From: Paracoccaceae bacterium
GTDB taxonomy: Bacteria; Pseudomonadota; Alphaproteobacteria; Rhodobacterales; Rhodobacteraceae
Assembly (NCBI GenBank): GCA_011620265.1
Contig: WOZM01000031.1
Coordinates: 3,289 to 67,288, forward strand
Direction of reading: 5' to 3'
DNA length: 64,000 nucleotides
In this document: piece by piece, positions 9,323 to 17,649 of the stretch
How positions within the stretch are numbered: position 1 is the stretch's first letter
How the letters are laid out: the number at the start of each line of letters is the position of its first letter
Made by a program: the position numbers and the translations under genes
Notes under the pieces: model-generated
Database searches by the model: none
What the model saw: only the letters and a program-made list of their open reading frames with translations
What the model was told of the DNA's origin: nothing

Positions 9323-10302
9323 CGGCGCTTCTCTCCATCGGCGGCGTGACCAAACGGTTTGGCCGCGTGACGGCGATCGACCGGCTGTCGCTCGACATAC
9401 ATGAAAACGAATTCTTCGCGCTGCTCGGCGCCTCCGGCTCCGGCAAGACGACGCTTCTGCGGATGCTCGCGGGGTTCGAGACACCCGAAGCGGGCGCGAT
9501 CCTTCTGGACGGCAAGGACATCTCCCGCATGCCGCCGAACCGGCGGCCGGTGAACCTGATGTTCCAGAGCTATGCGCTGTTCCCGCACATGAGTGTCGAG
9601 GGCAACATCGCCTACGGGCTGGAGATGGAGCGGCTTGCGAAGCCCGAGATCGCCCGGCGGGTGGGCGAGATCATGGAGGTGACCGAGCTGTCGTCGATGG
9701 CGAGGCGCAAGCCCGACCAGCTTTCCGGCGGCCAGAAGCAGCGCGTGGCGCTGGCGCGCGCGCTGGTGAAACGCCCGCACCTTCTCCTGCTCGACGAACC
9801 CCTCGGCGCGCTTGACAAGAAGCTCCGCGCCGCGATGCAGCTCGAACTGAAGCGGCTTCAGCACGAGGTCGGCATCACCTTCATCGTCGTCACCCACGAC
9901 CAGGAAGAGGCGCTGGTGATGGCCGACCGGGTGGCGATCCTGCGCGACGGCCGCCTCCTGCAATGCGGCACGCCGCACGAGGTCTATGAGCATCCCGCCA
10001 ACCGCTTCGCCGCCGATTTCATCGGGGTGATGAACTTCATCGAGGAGGATGGCCGGACGCTCGCACTCCGGCCAGAGCGCATCCGCCTCTTCCCCGAACG
10101 CGCCGACCGCACCACCGAAGGCCGCGTGACCGCACGGGCCTATCACGGGCTCGACCTGCAACTGCATGTGGAAACGCCACTTTCCCCCCGCCCGCTTCTC
10201 GTCCGCCTGACCGCCGACGCGGCCGACCGGCGCCCGGTCGCGGAAGGCGACACCGTCACGCTCGGCTGGAACGACGCCGATACCCGTATCTTCAAGGACT
10301 AG
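9319..10302 (+). CDS. ABC transporter ATPase, PotA-like
   Basis: The GTG at 9319 overlaps the PotC-like stop (GTGA). It has Walker [10 protein letters not shown], the signature [15 protein letters not shown], Walker B LLLLDEP, and a C-terminal TOBE-like tail. Confidence 0.9.
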   Translation: MTALLSIGGVTKRFGRVTAIDRLSLDIHENEFFALLGASGSGKTTLLRMLAGFETPEAGAILLDGKDISRMPPNRRPVNLMFQSYALFPHMSVEGNIAYGLEMERLAKPEIARRVGEIMEVTELSSMARRKPDQLSGGQKQRVALARALVKRPHLLLLDEPLGALDKKLRAAMQLELKRLQHEVGITFIVVTHDQEEALVMADRVAILRDGRLLQCGTPHEVYEHPANRFAADFIGVMNFIEEDGRTLALRPERIRLFPERADRTTEGRVTARAYHGLDLQLHVETPLSPRPLLVRLTADAADRRPVAEGDTVTLGWNDADTRIFKD

Positions 10303-10312
10303 GGAGACCACA

Positions 10313-11590
10313 ATGGCCCAGAAAACCTTCGCCTTCTTCCCCGAAGCCGCCTTTGGCCCGGCGTTGAATTCCGTCGGCATTGCCCAGGCCGTCGAGGCGC
10401 GCGGCCACAAGGCGGTGTTCCTGTCCGACCCCGGCTTCGTCGATGTCTACAAGGGCTACGGGTTCGAGGCGCATCCGGTGGCCTTGTCCGAACCGATGCC
10501 GCCCGAACAGATGGCGAAGTTCTGGGAGGACTTCATCAACGGCCACATCCCGAACTTCCGCAAGTCGCCCTACGACCAGATCGACAATTACGTGAAGGAT
10601 TGCTGGACCGCGATCGTCGACAGCGCAAAATGGGCCGAGAAGGACCTGCCGGGGGTGCTGGCGAAGATCAGGCCGGACGTGATCGCGGTCGACAACGTCA
10701 TCCTCTTCCCCGCGATCAAGCAATACGGCGTGCCTTGGGTTCGCGTGATCTCCTGCTCGGAAAACGAGATCGAGGATGAGGGCATCCCGCCGCATCTCTC
10801 CGGCTGCGGCGAGAAGGACCATGCCTGCCACAAGCGCTTCCGTGACCGGTTCAACGAGGTGATCCGGCCGATCCACGACGACTTCAACGCCTTCCTCGGC
10901 GCCTGCGGCGAAGACCCCTATCCGATCGGCCAGTTCTTCGAGGCGTCGCCCTATCTCAACCTGCTGCTCTACCCCGAGCCGGTGAAGTTCGACCGCGAGG
11001 TGCCGCTCGATCCCGCGCGGTTCCAGTATCTCGAAGGCTGCGTGCGGAAGGAGGAAGCCTACGATGTCCCGACCTTCACGAAGAACAATGACGGGCCGCT
11101 TCTTTATGTCTCCTTCGGCTCGCTCGGCGCCGGCGATACCGAGCTTCTGAAGCGGATCATCGCGGCGCTGGCCAAGTCGCGCTACCGGGCGCTGGCCAAT
11201 ATCGGCGACTATGCGGCCGAATACCCGGACCTGCCGGGGAACGTGCAGGTCGCCGGCTGGTTCCCGCAGCCTTCGGTGATCCCGCAGGTCGATGCGGTGA
11301 TCCATCACGGCGGCAACAACTCCTTCACCGAGTGCCTCTATTTCGGCAAGCCGGCGATCATCATGCCCTATGTCTGGGACGGCCACGACAACGCGACGCG
11401 GGTGGAGGAGACCGGCCACGGCTTCAAGATGCCGCGCTACGACTGGACCGATGCGGAGCTTCTGGCGAAGATCGAGGCCTGCCTGACCGATCCGGCGATG
11501 ACGGCGAAGCTTGCGGCGACCTCAAAGCACATGCAGGCGCAGAGCGGCCCCGCCAAGGCGGCGAAGCTGCTGGAGGGGCTGCTGACGTGA
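10313..11590 (+). CDS. GT1-family glycosyltransferase, paralogue B
   Basis: The 425-aa ORF starts 10 nt after the potA-like stop, with a GGGAGA RBS. It is colinear with paralogue A (MAQKTFAFFPEAAFGPALNSVGIA ... WFPQPSVIPQVDAVIHHGGNNSFTECLYFGKPAIIMPYVWDGHDNA). Confidence 0.8.
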   Translation: MAQKTFAFFPEAAFGPALNSVGIAQAVEARGHKAVFLSDPGFVDVYKGYGFEAHPVALSEPMPPEQMAKFWEDFINGHIPNFRKSPYDQIDNYVKDCWTAIVDSAKWAEKDLPGVLAKIRPDVIAVDNVILFPAIKQYGVPWVRVISCSENEIEDEGIPPHLSGCGEKDHACHKRFRDRFNEVIRPIHDDFNAFLGACGEDPYPIGQFFEASPYLNLLLYPEPVKFDREVPLDPARFQYLEGCVRKEEAYDVPTFTKNNDGPLLYVSFGSLGAGDTELLKRIIAALAKSRYRALANIGDYAAEYPDLPGNVQVAGWFPQPSVIPQVDAVIHHGGNNSFTECLYFGKPAIIMPYVWDGHDNATRVEETGHGFKMPRYDWTDAELLAKIEACLTDPAMTAKLAATSKHMQAQSGPAKAAKLLEGLLT

Positions 11591-11952
11591 GCTCCGCCCC
11601 GCATCTCCACGACGCCTCGACGCGCGGCGATCTGATCGACTGGGGGGCGCAGCCCGACGCGATCTCGGGCGCCTCGCAGTCTTCCGGCCGGCTCGTCCAC
11701 AAGGGGCCGGGGAACCGACCCGAGATCGGTATCTGGACCTGCACGCCGGGGCGCTGGCGGCTCTCCATCCCGCGCGACGAATTCTGCCATTTCGTCGCCG
11801 GCCGGGCCACCTATCGCGCCGATACAGGCGAGGTGATCGAGGTCGCCGCCGGCACCTCAATCCTTTTCCCCGCCGGATGGTCGGGGGAGTGCGAGGTGCA
11901 CGAAACCATGCGCAACATCTACTACCTCACCGACAGGGAGCCGACCGAATGA
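11587..11952 (+). CDS. Small single-domain cupin (cupin_3 / DUF861-like), copy 1
   Basis: The GTG at 11587 overlaps the GT stop (GTGA). The 121-aa protein reads LIDWGAQPDAISGASQSSGRLVHKGP...DEFCHFVAGRATY...FPAGWSGECEVHETMRNIYY. Confidence 0.7.
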   Translation: MSSAPHLHDASTRGDLIDWGAQPDAISGASQSSGRLVHKGPGNRPEIGIWTCTPGRWRLSIPRDEFCHFVAGRATYRADTGEVIEVAAGTSILFPAGWSGECEVHETMRNIYYLTDREPTE

Positions 11953-12293
11953 CCACGCCAGTGATGCGCAATCCGCTTGAACAGACCGACCTCGTCGATT
12001 GGGGCGTCATCCCGACGATGATCGAAGGCGAATCCCGCACCTCCGGCCGGGTGTTTCACAAGGGTCCGAACGGAGAGAGCGAATGCGGACTCTGGATCTG
12101 CACGCCGGGCAAGTGGTTCTGCCATGTGACGAAGGACGAGTTCTGCCATTTCCTTCAAGGGCGCTGCACCTATGTCCATGAGAGCGGCGAGGTGATCGAG
12201 ATCACCCCCGACACCGCCGCCTTTTTCCCGCAGGACTGGAAGGGCACCTGCACCGTCCACGAGACCATCAAGAAGGTCTACATGATCCGATGA
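11949..12293 (+). CDS. Small single-domain cupin (cupin_3 / DUF861-like), copy 2
   Basis: The ATG at 11949 overlaps the copy-1 stop (ATGA). The 114-aa protein is clearly homologous to copy 1 (LVDWGVIPTMIEGESRTSGRVFHKGP...DEFCHFLQGRCTY...FPQDWKGTCTVHETIKKVYM). Confidence 0.75.
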   Translation: MTTPVMRNPLEQTDLVDWGVIPTMIEGESRTSGRVFHKGPNGESECGLWICTPGKWFCHVTKDEFCHFLQGRCTYVHESGEVIEITPDTAAFFPQDWKGTCTVHETIKKVYMIR

Positions 12294-13798
12294 TCTTCGA
12301 CCCCTCTCGCCCCGCCTGGTTCCTGACGCCCGCCTTCCACCCGATGGCGGGCGCGTCTCGCGATGTCATCGACCCGGCGACATTGGAGTCCGTCGGCCGG
12401 ACCGCCGAGGCTGACGAGGCAGAAATGCAGGCCGCACTCGCCGCCGTGACTGCGGCGCAGGCGAAGTGGAAGCGCGTCGATGCGAAGTCGCGCGCGAAGC
12501 TCCTGCACGACCTCGCCCATGTCATCGAGACCGCCGACCACCGCGCCGCCGCGATCCTGATGAGCCGCGAGATGGGCAAGCCCTATCCCGAGGCCATTGG
12601 CGAAATCGCGAATTGCGCGCCGATCTTCCGCTACTACGCCGAAATGGCACGGGACGAGGCGGGCAAGGTCGCCGGGACGACGCAGGCCGGCTCGTTCCAG
12701 TTCGCGCGCTACGAACCCCTGGGCGTCTCGGTCCACATCATGCCGTTCAACTTTCCGGTCTTGCTGATGTGCTGGACCGTCGCCGCTTCGCTCGCCGCCG
12801 GCAATGGCTGCATCGTCAAGCCGGCGCCGGCGACGACGCTCTCGACGCTGGAATTCATGAAATGCTTCCGGGCTCTGCCCGAGGGCCTCGTCGCCTGCCT
12901 GCCGGGCGGTGCCGGGCTGGCCGAAGCGCTCATCGCCTCGCCCAAGACCCATGCCGTCGCCTTCACCGGCTCGGTCGCGGCCGGAAAGGCGGTCGGCATC
13001 GCGGCGGCGGCGGCGATGAAGCCGGCGGTGATCGAGGCCGGCGGCAGCGATCCGATGATCGTCTGCGACAGCGCCCCCCTCGACGTCGCGGCGGCGGGCG
13101 CGGTGACGGCGGCCTTCCACCTTTCGGGACAGGTCTGCACCTCGGCCGAGCGGCTTTACGTCGTCGACAGCGTCCATGACGCCTTCGTCGCCGCCTTCGC
13201 CGAACGGACGAAGGCGCTTCGCATCGGCAACGGGCTGGAGCGGTCGGAGATCGGCCCGCTTGTGTCCGAGTCCGCCCGCGACCGCGTCATGGCGCTCGTC
13301 GCCGATGCCGTCGCGAAGGGCGCGAAGGTCGTCACCGGCGGGCGGGTACCGCCCGACCGCAACCGGGGCTGGTTCTACGAGCCGACGATCCTCACCGGCT
13401 GCACCGACGACATGGACCTCCTGCGGTCCGAATGCTTCGGCCCGGTCGCCGCCGTGGTCCGCGTCCGCGATTTCGACGCGGCCGTGGCCCGCGCCAACGC
13501 CTCGCCCTTCGGCCTCGGCGCCTCGGTCTTCACCACACGGCTGGACGAAGCGATGGAGGCGGCGGAGCGGCTCGAGGCCGGGATGGTCTGGGTCAACAAC
13601 CCGCTCATCGACAACGACGCGCTGCCGTTCGGCGGCTGGAAGGCCTCCGGCCTCGGGCGGGAGCTTGGCCGGCAGGGGCTGGATGCGTTCCGGCGCACCA
13701 AGATGGTGATCGTCGACCACGCGCCGAAAGTGCAGGATTGGTGGTATCCCTACCCGGACGACTGGTTTCTCGACGCCGGCGGACGGCGCCTCGGCTGA
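12290..13798 (+). CDS. NAD(P)-dependent aldehyde dehydrogenase
   Basis: The 502-aa ORF has an ATGA overlap with cupin 2. It contains ALDH motifs FTGSVAAGKAV, VIEAGGSDPMIV (catalytic Glu) and GQVCTSAERLYV (catalytic Cys). Confidence 0.9.
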   Translation: MIFDPSRPAWFLTPAFHPMAGASRDVIDPATLESVGRTAEADEAEMQAALAAVTAAQAKWKRVDAKSRAKLLHDLAHVIETADHRAAAILMSREMGKPYPEAIGEIANCAPIFRYYAEMARDEAGKVAGTTQAGSFQFARYEPLGVSVHIMPFNFPVLLMCWTVAASLAAGNGCIVKPAPATTLSTLEFMKCFRALPEGLVACLPGGAGLAEALIASPKTHAVAFTGSVAAGKAVGIAAAAAMKPAVIEAGGSDPMIVCDSAPLDVAAAGAVTAAFHLSGQVCTSAERLYVVDSVHDAFVAAFAERTKALRIGNGLERSEIGPLVSESARDRVMALVADAVAKGAKVVTGGRVPPDRNRGWFYEPTILTGCTDDMDLLRSECFGPVAAVVRVRDFDAAVARANASPFGLGASVFTTRLDEAMEAAERLEAGMVWVNNPLIDNDALPFGGWKASGLGRELGRQGLDAFRRTKMVIVDHAPKVQDWWYPYPDDWFLDAGGRRLG

Positions 13799-13822
13799 GC
13801 CCCGCAGAAGGAGAACGACGCG

Positions 13823-15043
13823 ATGCAGAGCTTTCGCAATTCCGATCCCGCCCCGCCGATCATGGTCGGATCGCCACCGCCGCCCGAATGGCGGGTGCCG
13901 CGGATCGACTGGGACCGCCCGCCCTGGAACCGCTGGACCTTCCAGCGGGTGAGCCAGATGATGCCGACCGCCCCGATCCGGCGCGGCGCGTCGGTCGCGG
14001 CCCTGCCCGCCGCCGAGGGGCGGCTGGACGACCTGACCTATGCCGACCGCGACGGCACTGCCACGAGTTTCGGCCGGATGCTCGACGCGACCTATACCGA
14101 TGCGATTCTGGTCGCCATCGACGGCCGCATCGTCCACGAGAGCTACCACAACGGCATGGGGCCGCGGTCGCTGCACCTCCTGCAGTCGGTGTCGAAGTCG
14201 ATCACCGCAACGGCCGCCGCAGGCCTCTTCGAGGACGGCACCATCGACCCGGCCGCGCCGATTTCCCACTACCTGCCCGAACTTGCCCGCACCGCCTGGG
14301 CCGGGGCGACGGTGCAGCATGTGCTCGACATGACCTCCGGCACCCGCTTCGACGAAACCTATGCGGCGCGCGACAGCGATGTCGGCAAGATGGACTATGC
14401 GTCGGGCTGGAAGCCGGCGCCCGAAGGGGTCGACGTGTCGGACTGGCCCACCTGCATGTGGGAGCAGATCCTCGGCCTGACCGTCGCCGAGGCCGAGCAT
14501 GGCGCGCGGTTCAGCTATCGCTCGATCGAGACGGATGTCTTCGCCCATGCGGTCGAGCGCGCGACCGGCCAGCGCCTTCCGCAGATCCTCTCGGAGCGGC
14601 TCTGGCAGCCGCTCGGCTGCGAGGAGGATGCCAGCATCACCGTCGATTCCGCCGGCTACGGGCTCGCCTGCGGCGGGATCAGCGCGGCGCTTCGCGATCT
14701 CGGGCGGTTCGCGCTGGCGCTTCTCAACGACGGGATGGTCGAGGGGCGGCAGGTGATCCCGCGCGCCTGGGTCGAGGATGTGCGGCACGGGGCCCACGGT
14801 CTTTTCGACGACGCGGCGCGGGTGGAGTTCCCCAACGGCTGCTACCGCAACCAGTTCTGGATCGAGGACCGCGACCGCCCGCGCCACCTCTGCCTCGGCA
14901 TCTTCGGCCAGATGATCTACGTGGCCCCGGATGCCGGGCTTGTCGCGGTGAAGCTCTCGACCTGGCCGGATTTCACCAGCACGCCGTTCCTCTTGCAGGC
15001 GCTCGACGGTCTCCACGCGGTGGAGCGTGCCTTCCGGGGCTGA
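13823..15043 (+). CDS. Serine hydrolase of the beta-lactamase fold, 6-aminohexanoate-dimer hydrolase (NylB)-like
   Basis: The 406-aa ORF has an AAGGAGA RBS and the SxxK motif LLQSVSKSITA. By-eye colinearity with NylB covers PPWNRWTFQRVSQMMP, TYTDAILV, IDPAAPISHYLPEL, VLDMTSG and a C-terminal KLSTWPD. Confidence 0.8.
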   Translation: MQSFRNSDPAPPIMVGSPPPPEWRVPRIDWDRPPWNRWTFQRVSQMMPTAPIRRGASVAALPAAEGRLDDLTYADRDGTATSFGRMLDATYTDAILVAIDGRIVHESYHNGMGPRSLHLLQSVSKSITATAAAGLFEDGTIDPAAPISHYLPELARTAWAGATVQHVLDMTSGTRFDETYAARDSDVGKMDYASGWKPAPEGVDVSDWPTCMWEQILGLTVAEAEHGARFSYRSIETDVFAHAVERATGQRLPQILSERLWQPLGCEEDASITVDSAGYGLACGGISAALRDLGRFALALLNDGMVEGRQVIPRAWVEDVRHGAHGLFDDAARVEFPNGCYRNQFWIEDRDRPRHLCLGIFGQMIYVAPDAGLVAVKLSTWPDFTSTPFLLQALDGLHAVERAFRG

Positions 15044-15141
15044 TCGGCCACCGTCGGCCCGCGCCGGGTTGCGGCATCGGGACGCGGCCGGTTGGTGCCT
15101 GGGTCGGTGAGGGAAATCAATTTGCTGATTTGCCCGGCGCT

Positions 15142-15337
15142 GTTGCACAGATCAGGTGATGGACGGGGTTCCCCTTTCCCGGGACAGACTCATCCCACGG
15201 CTTCGGTGACGGGTATGGCGAGCGCAGTGAAGCCATTCATCACGGCAACCCGGATCCGGACCTCTGCGACCTGACGGTCAAAGTCCCGGGCCGTGAGGCG
15301 CTGCCCCAGCAGTTTCACGCAACGCATCCAATCGTCG
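15142..15337 (-). mobile_element. IS5-family relic: one terminal repeat (GTTGCACAGA) plus the last 45 codons of a transposase
   Basis: The minus-strand segment 15190-15327 translates to MRCVKLLGQRLTARDFDRQVAEVRIRVAVMNGFTALAIPVTEAVG*. This is the conserved C-terminus of IS5-group DDE transposases. The rest of the element is missing. Confidence 0.6.
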
Positions 15338-15364
15338 GGAAAACGATCCCCCGGATCGTTTTCC
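15338..15364. repeat. Perfect palindrome: 12-bp stem with 3-nt loop (GGAAAACGATCC-CCC-GGATCGTTTTCC)
   Basis: Read directly from the sequence. It sits exactly at the junction between two unrelated IS fragments. Confidence 0.85.
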
Positions 15365-15399
15365 GATCCTCCTCATATCTCGACGCGGCTCCGGCGGCG

Positions 15400-16290
15400 A
15401 CAACCGCTCCATCGTCGCCAGATCGTCCGGCCGACCGGATCGCGGCGGACACGATCTATGGTGTGGGCCGGGTTTGCGCCGCCCTTGAAGACCGCCAGAT
15501 CGAAGCCGTCATTCCGCCTCTTCGGTCCCCCCGCCGCAAGGGAGCGCAGGGCTTTCCGACCGAGCGGTTCAAGTTCGATCCCCGTCCCGATGTGGTCCGA
15601 TGCCCGGCATTGAAGCGACTGACCCCGAGGAACAGTCCGAAATCGGGTCGATGGTATCGCGCCGACCGGTACGACTGCGCGGGTTGTCCTCTCAAGGCGC
15701 AATGCCTGCCCCGGGGCGCGCATCCCGCCGGGTGCATATCGTGACAAACCACGCGGCCATCCCGCGCGCCCGGCGCAAACGCGCGACGTGGGGCAAGGAC
15801 GACCACGAGATCTACACCCGGCATCGCTGGCAGGTCGAAGGCACGAATGGCACCGCCAGGACACTCCACGGGCTTGCCGGAGCCACCCGAAGGGGGTTCG
15901 CAAACATGAAGATCCAGGCCCTCCTGACCGCCATCGCCATGATCCACCGCCATTCCCCGGGATCGACCCGGCGGCGGACGCTCGGGGCAGACAAGGGGTT
16001 CGACGCGGCCGAGTTCGTCGCCGACCTGCGCCGGGCATGTGTGACGCCCCATGTCGCGCAGAGGTCACGATATTCAGCGATCGGCGGGTGCGCTCCCGTT
16101 TCATCCTGTCCATGGCCGCCAACAACCTCGCCCGGTTGCCACGGTTGCCGGCCGCATGACGATGAAAAACCTCGTGGGGCACACACGCCTGCCGGACCCA
16201 AAAGCGCGAGGCCGGGCAGCGAAGCCTGCAACGAAGGAAAACCGTTCCAGCCCGGTGACTGTTTCAGCCGCCTGTTAGAGCGTTCTAGCC
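15400..16290 (+). mobile_element. Mosaic of degraded transposase fragments (IS1182-like, then IS5-like); no intact ORF
   Basis: Shifting frames give three recognisable pieces. The first is ADTIYGVGRVCAALEDRQIEAVIPPL...RFKFDPRPDVVRCPALKRL...YDCAGCPLKAQCLP...YTRHRWQVEGTNGTARTLHGL. The second is TLGADKGFDAAEFVADLRRACVTPHVAQ. The third is a tail, FILSMAANNLARLPRL. Stops and frameshifts occur between the pieces. Confidence 0.6.
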
Positions 16291-16293
16291 GCC

Positions 16294-17157
16294 TCAGATC
16301 GCCGCCTTGCGGCTCTCCTCGAGGTAGATCTCCCGCAGCCGCGTCGCGACCGGTCCCGGCTTGCCGGAGCCGAGCACCGCCCCGTCGATCTCCACCACCG
16401 GCATCACGAAGGCCGAGGCGGAGGTGACGAAGGCCTCGTCGGCGCCCTTCGCCTCCTCGATGGTGAAGGGCCGCTCCTCGACCTCCATCTGCGCCTCGCG
16501 GGCGAAGCGCAGGACCGCCGCGCGGGTGATGCCGTGCAGGATGTCGCTCGACAGCTGCCGGGTGATGATCCGGCGGCCCTTGACGATATAGGCGTTGTTC
16601 GAGGTGCCCTCGGTCACCGCGCCCTCCTCGGTGAACCAGGCATCGTCGCAGCCGGCCTTCTTCGCCATCATCTTGCCCATCGACGGGTAGAGAAGCTGCA
16701 CCGTCTTGATGTCGCGCCGGCCCCAGCGGATATCGGGGATGGAGATTACCTTGATCCCCACCTTCGCCGCCGGATTGTCGGCAAGCCCCGGCTTCGACTG
16801 GGTGAAGAGCACGATCCCCGACGGCACCTTCTCGGGGTCCGGGAAGACGAAATCCCGGTCGCCGGGATTGCCGCGTGTGACCTGGAGATAGACCATCCCG
16901 TCCACGACCCCGTTGCGGGCCACCAGTTCCCGGTGGATCGCCAGCAGCTCGTCCGTCGAGACAGGCGCCGCCATGTCGAGTTCCGACAGCGACCGCGCGA
17001 GCCGCGCCGCATGGCCGTCGAAATCGATGAGCTTGCCGCCAAGGACGCTCGTCACCTCGTACACCGCGTCCGCCATCAGGAAACCCCGGTCGAAGACCGA
17101 GATCTTCGCGTCTTCCTCGGCCAGATACTCTCCGTTGACGTAGACGATGCGGCTCAT
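16294..17157 (-). CDS. Class IV (D-amino-acid / branched-chain type) pyridoxal-phosphate aminotransferase
   Basis: An internal ATG at 17155-17157 gives MSRIVYVNGEYLAEEDAKISVFDRGFLMADAVYEV. The 287-aa protein has the class IV fold signature, including RRDIKTVQLL (PLP lysine region) and EGTSNNAYIV. Confidence 0.85.
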   Translation of the reverse strand: MSRIVYVNGEYLAEEDAKISVFDRGFLMADAVYEVTSVLGGKLIDFDGHAARLARSLSELDMAAPVSTDELLAIHRELVARNGVVDGMVYLQVTRGNPGDRDFVFPDPEKVPSGIVLFTQSKPGLADNPAAKVGIKVISIPDIRWGRRDIKTVQLLYPSMGKMMAKKAGCDDAWFTEEGAVTEGTSNNAYIVKGRRIITRQLSSDILHGITRAAVLRFAREAQMEVEERPFTIEEAKGADEAFVTSASAFVMPVVEIDGAVLGSGKPGPVATRLREIYLEESRKAAI

Positions 17158-17649
17158 GGCGGCCTCCCTCGATTGGCTTGCGATCTCATCGGCCGTCATT
17201 CGGCGCGCGTCAAGCCCTCGGAACCCGCAATATCGGGGCCGGCAATCGAACCGGGGGGCGCGCGTATTACGTCGAAACGCCTGGCAATTTCTGAATGGCA
17301 TCACGTAATTCACGCACATTACAGATGCGCCACTGCACAGAACTGCGATTATCCCGGCTTATTCACCGAAAGAAAGAGGGCAAGGAGCAGTTTGGCGCAA
17401 TAGTCGTGAGACGGGATCAGAGGAACCAGCCTGCAACAAGGTGCCTCCGAGCACGCGGCTTTGATCCGGACCCGACCTTCGAACACCATACGGGCTCGCG
17501 GCATGTGTGACGCCGCATGAGAGGCCGGATACATGTCAGCACCCGATGACGCGCCAAAATCAGATCTGAAGATTCCACTTGCGCAAGGGGCGGCTATACA
17601 CGTTGCAGAACTGCTGCCCGAGGCATGACAGCCCCTTTCCCCATTGATG

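Noticed and set aside
12278-15148. A 956-aa minus-strand ORF spanning the ALDH and hydrolase genes.
   Set aside because: It is antisense to two genes with clear catalytic motifs. Its translation is low-complexity R/G/A/D-rich. It is a high-GC artefact.
17158-17601. Small ORFs (61-71 aa) and a possible toxin-antitoxin or sRNA in the AT-richer gap upstream of the aminotransferase.
   Set aside because: The ORFs have no RBS and no motifs. Part of the region translates as a degenerate transposase remnant, so it is better explained as IS debris.
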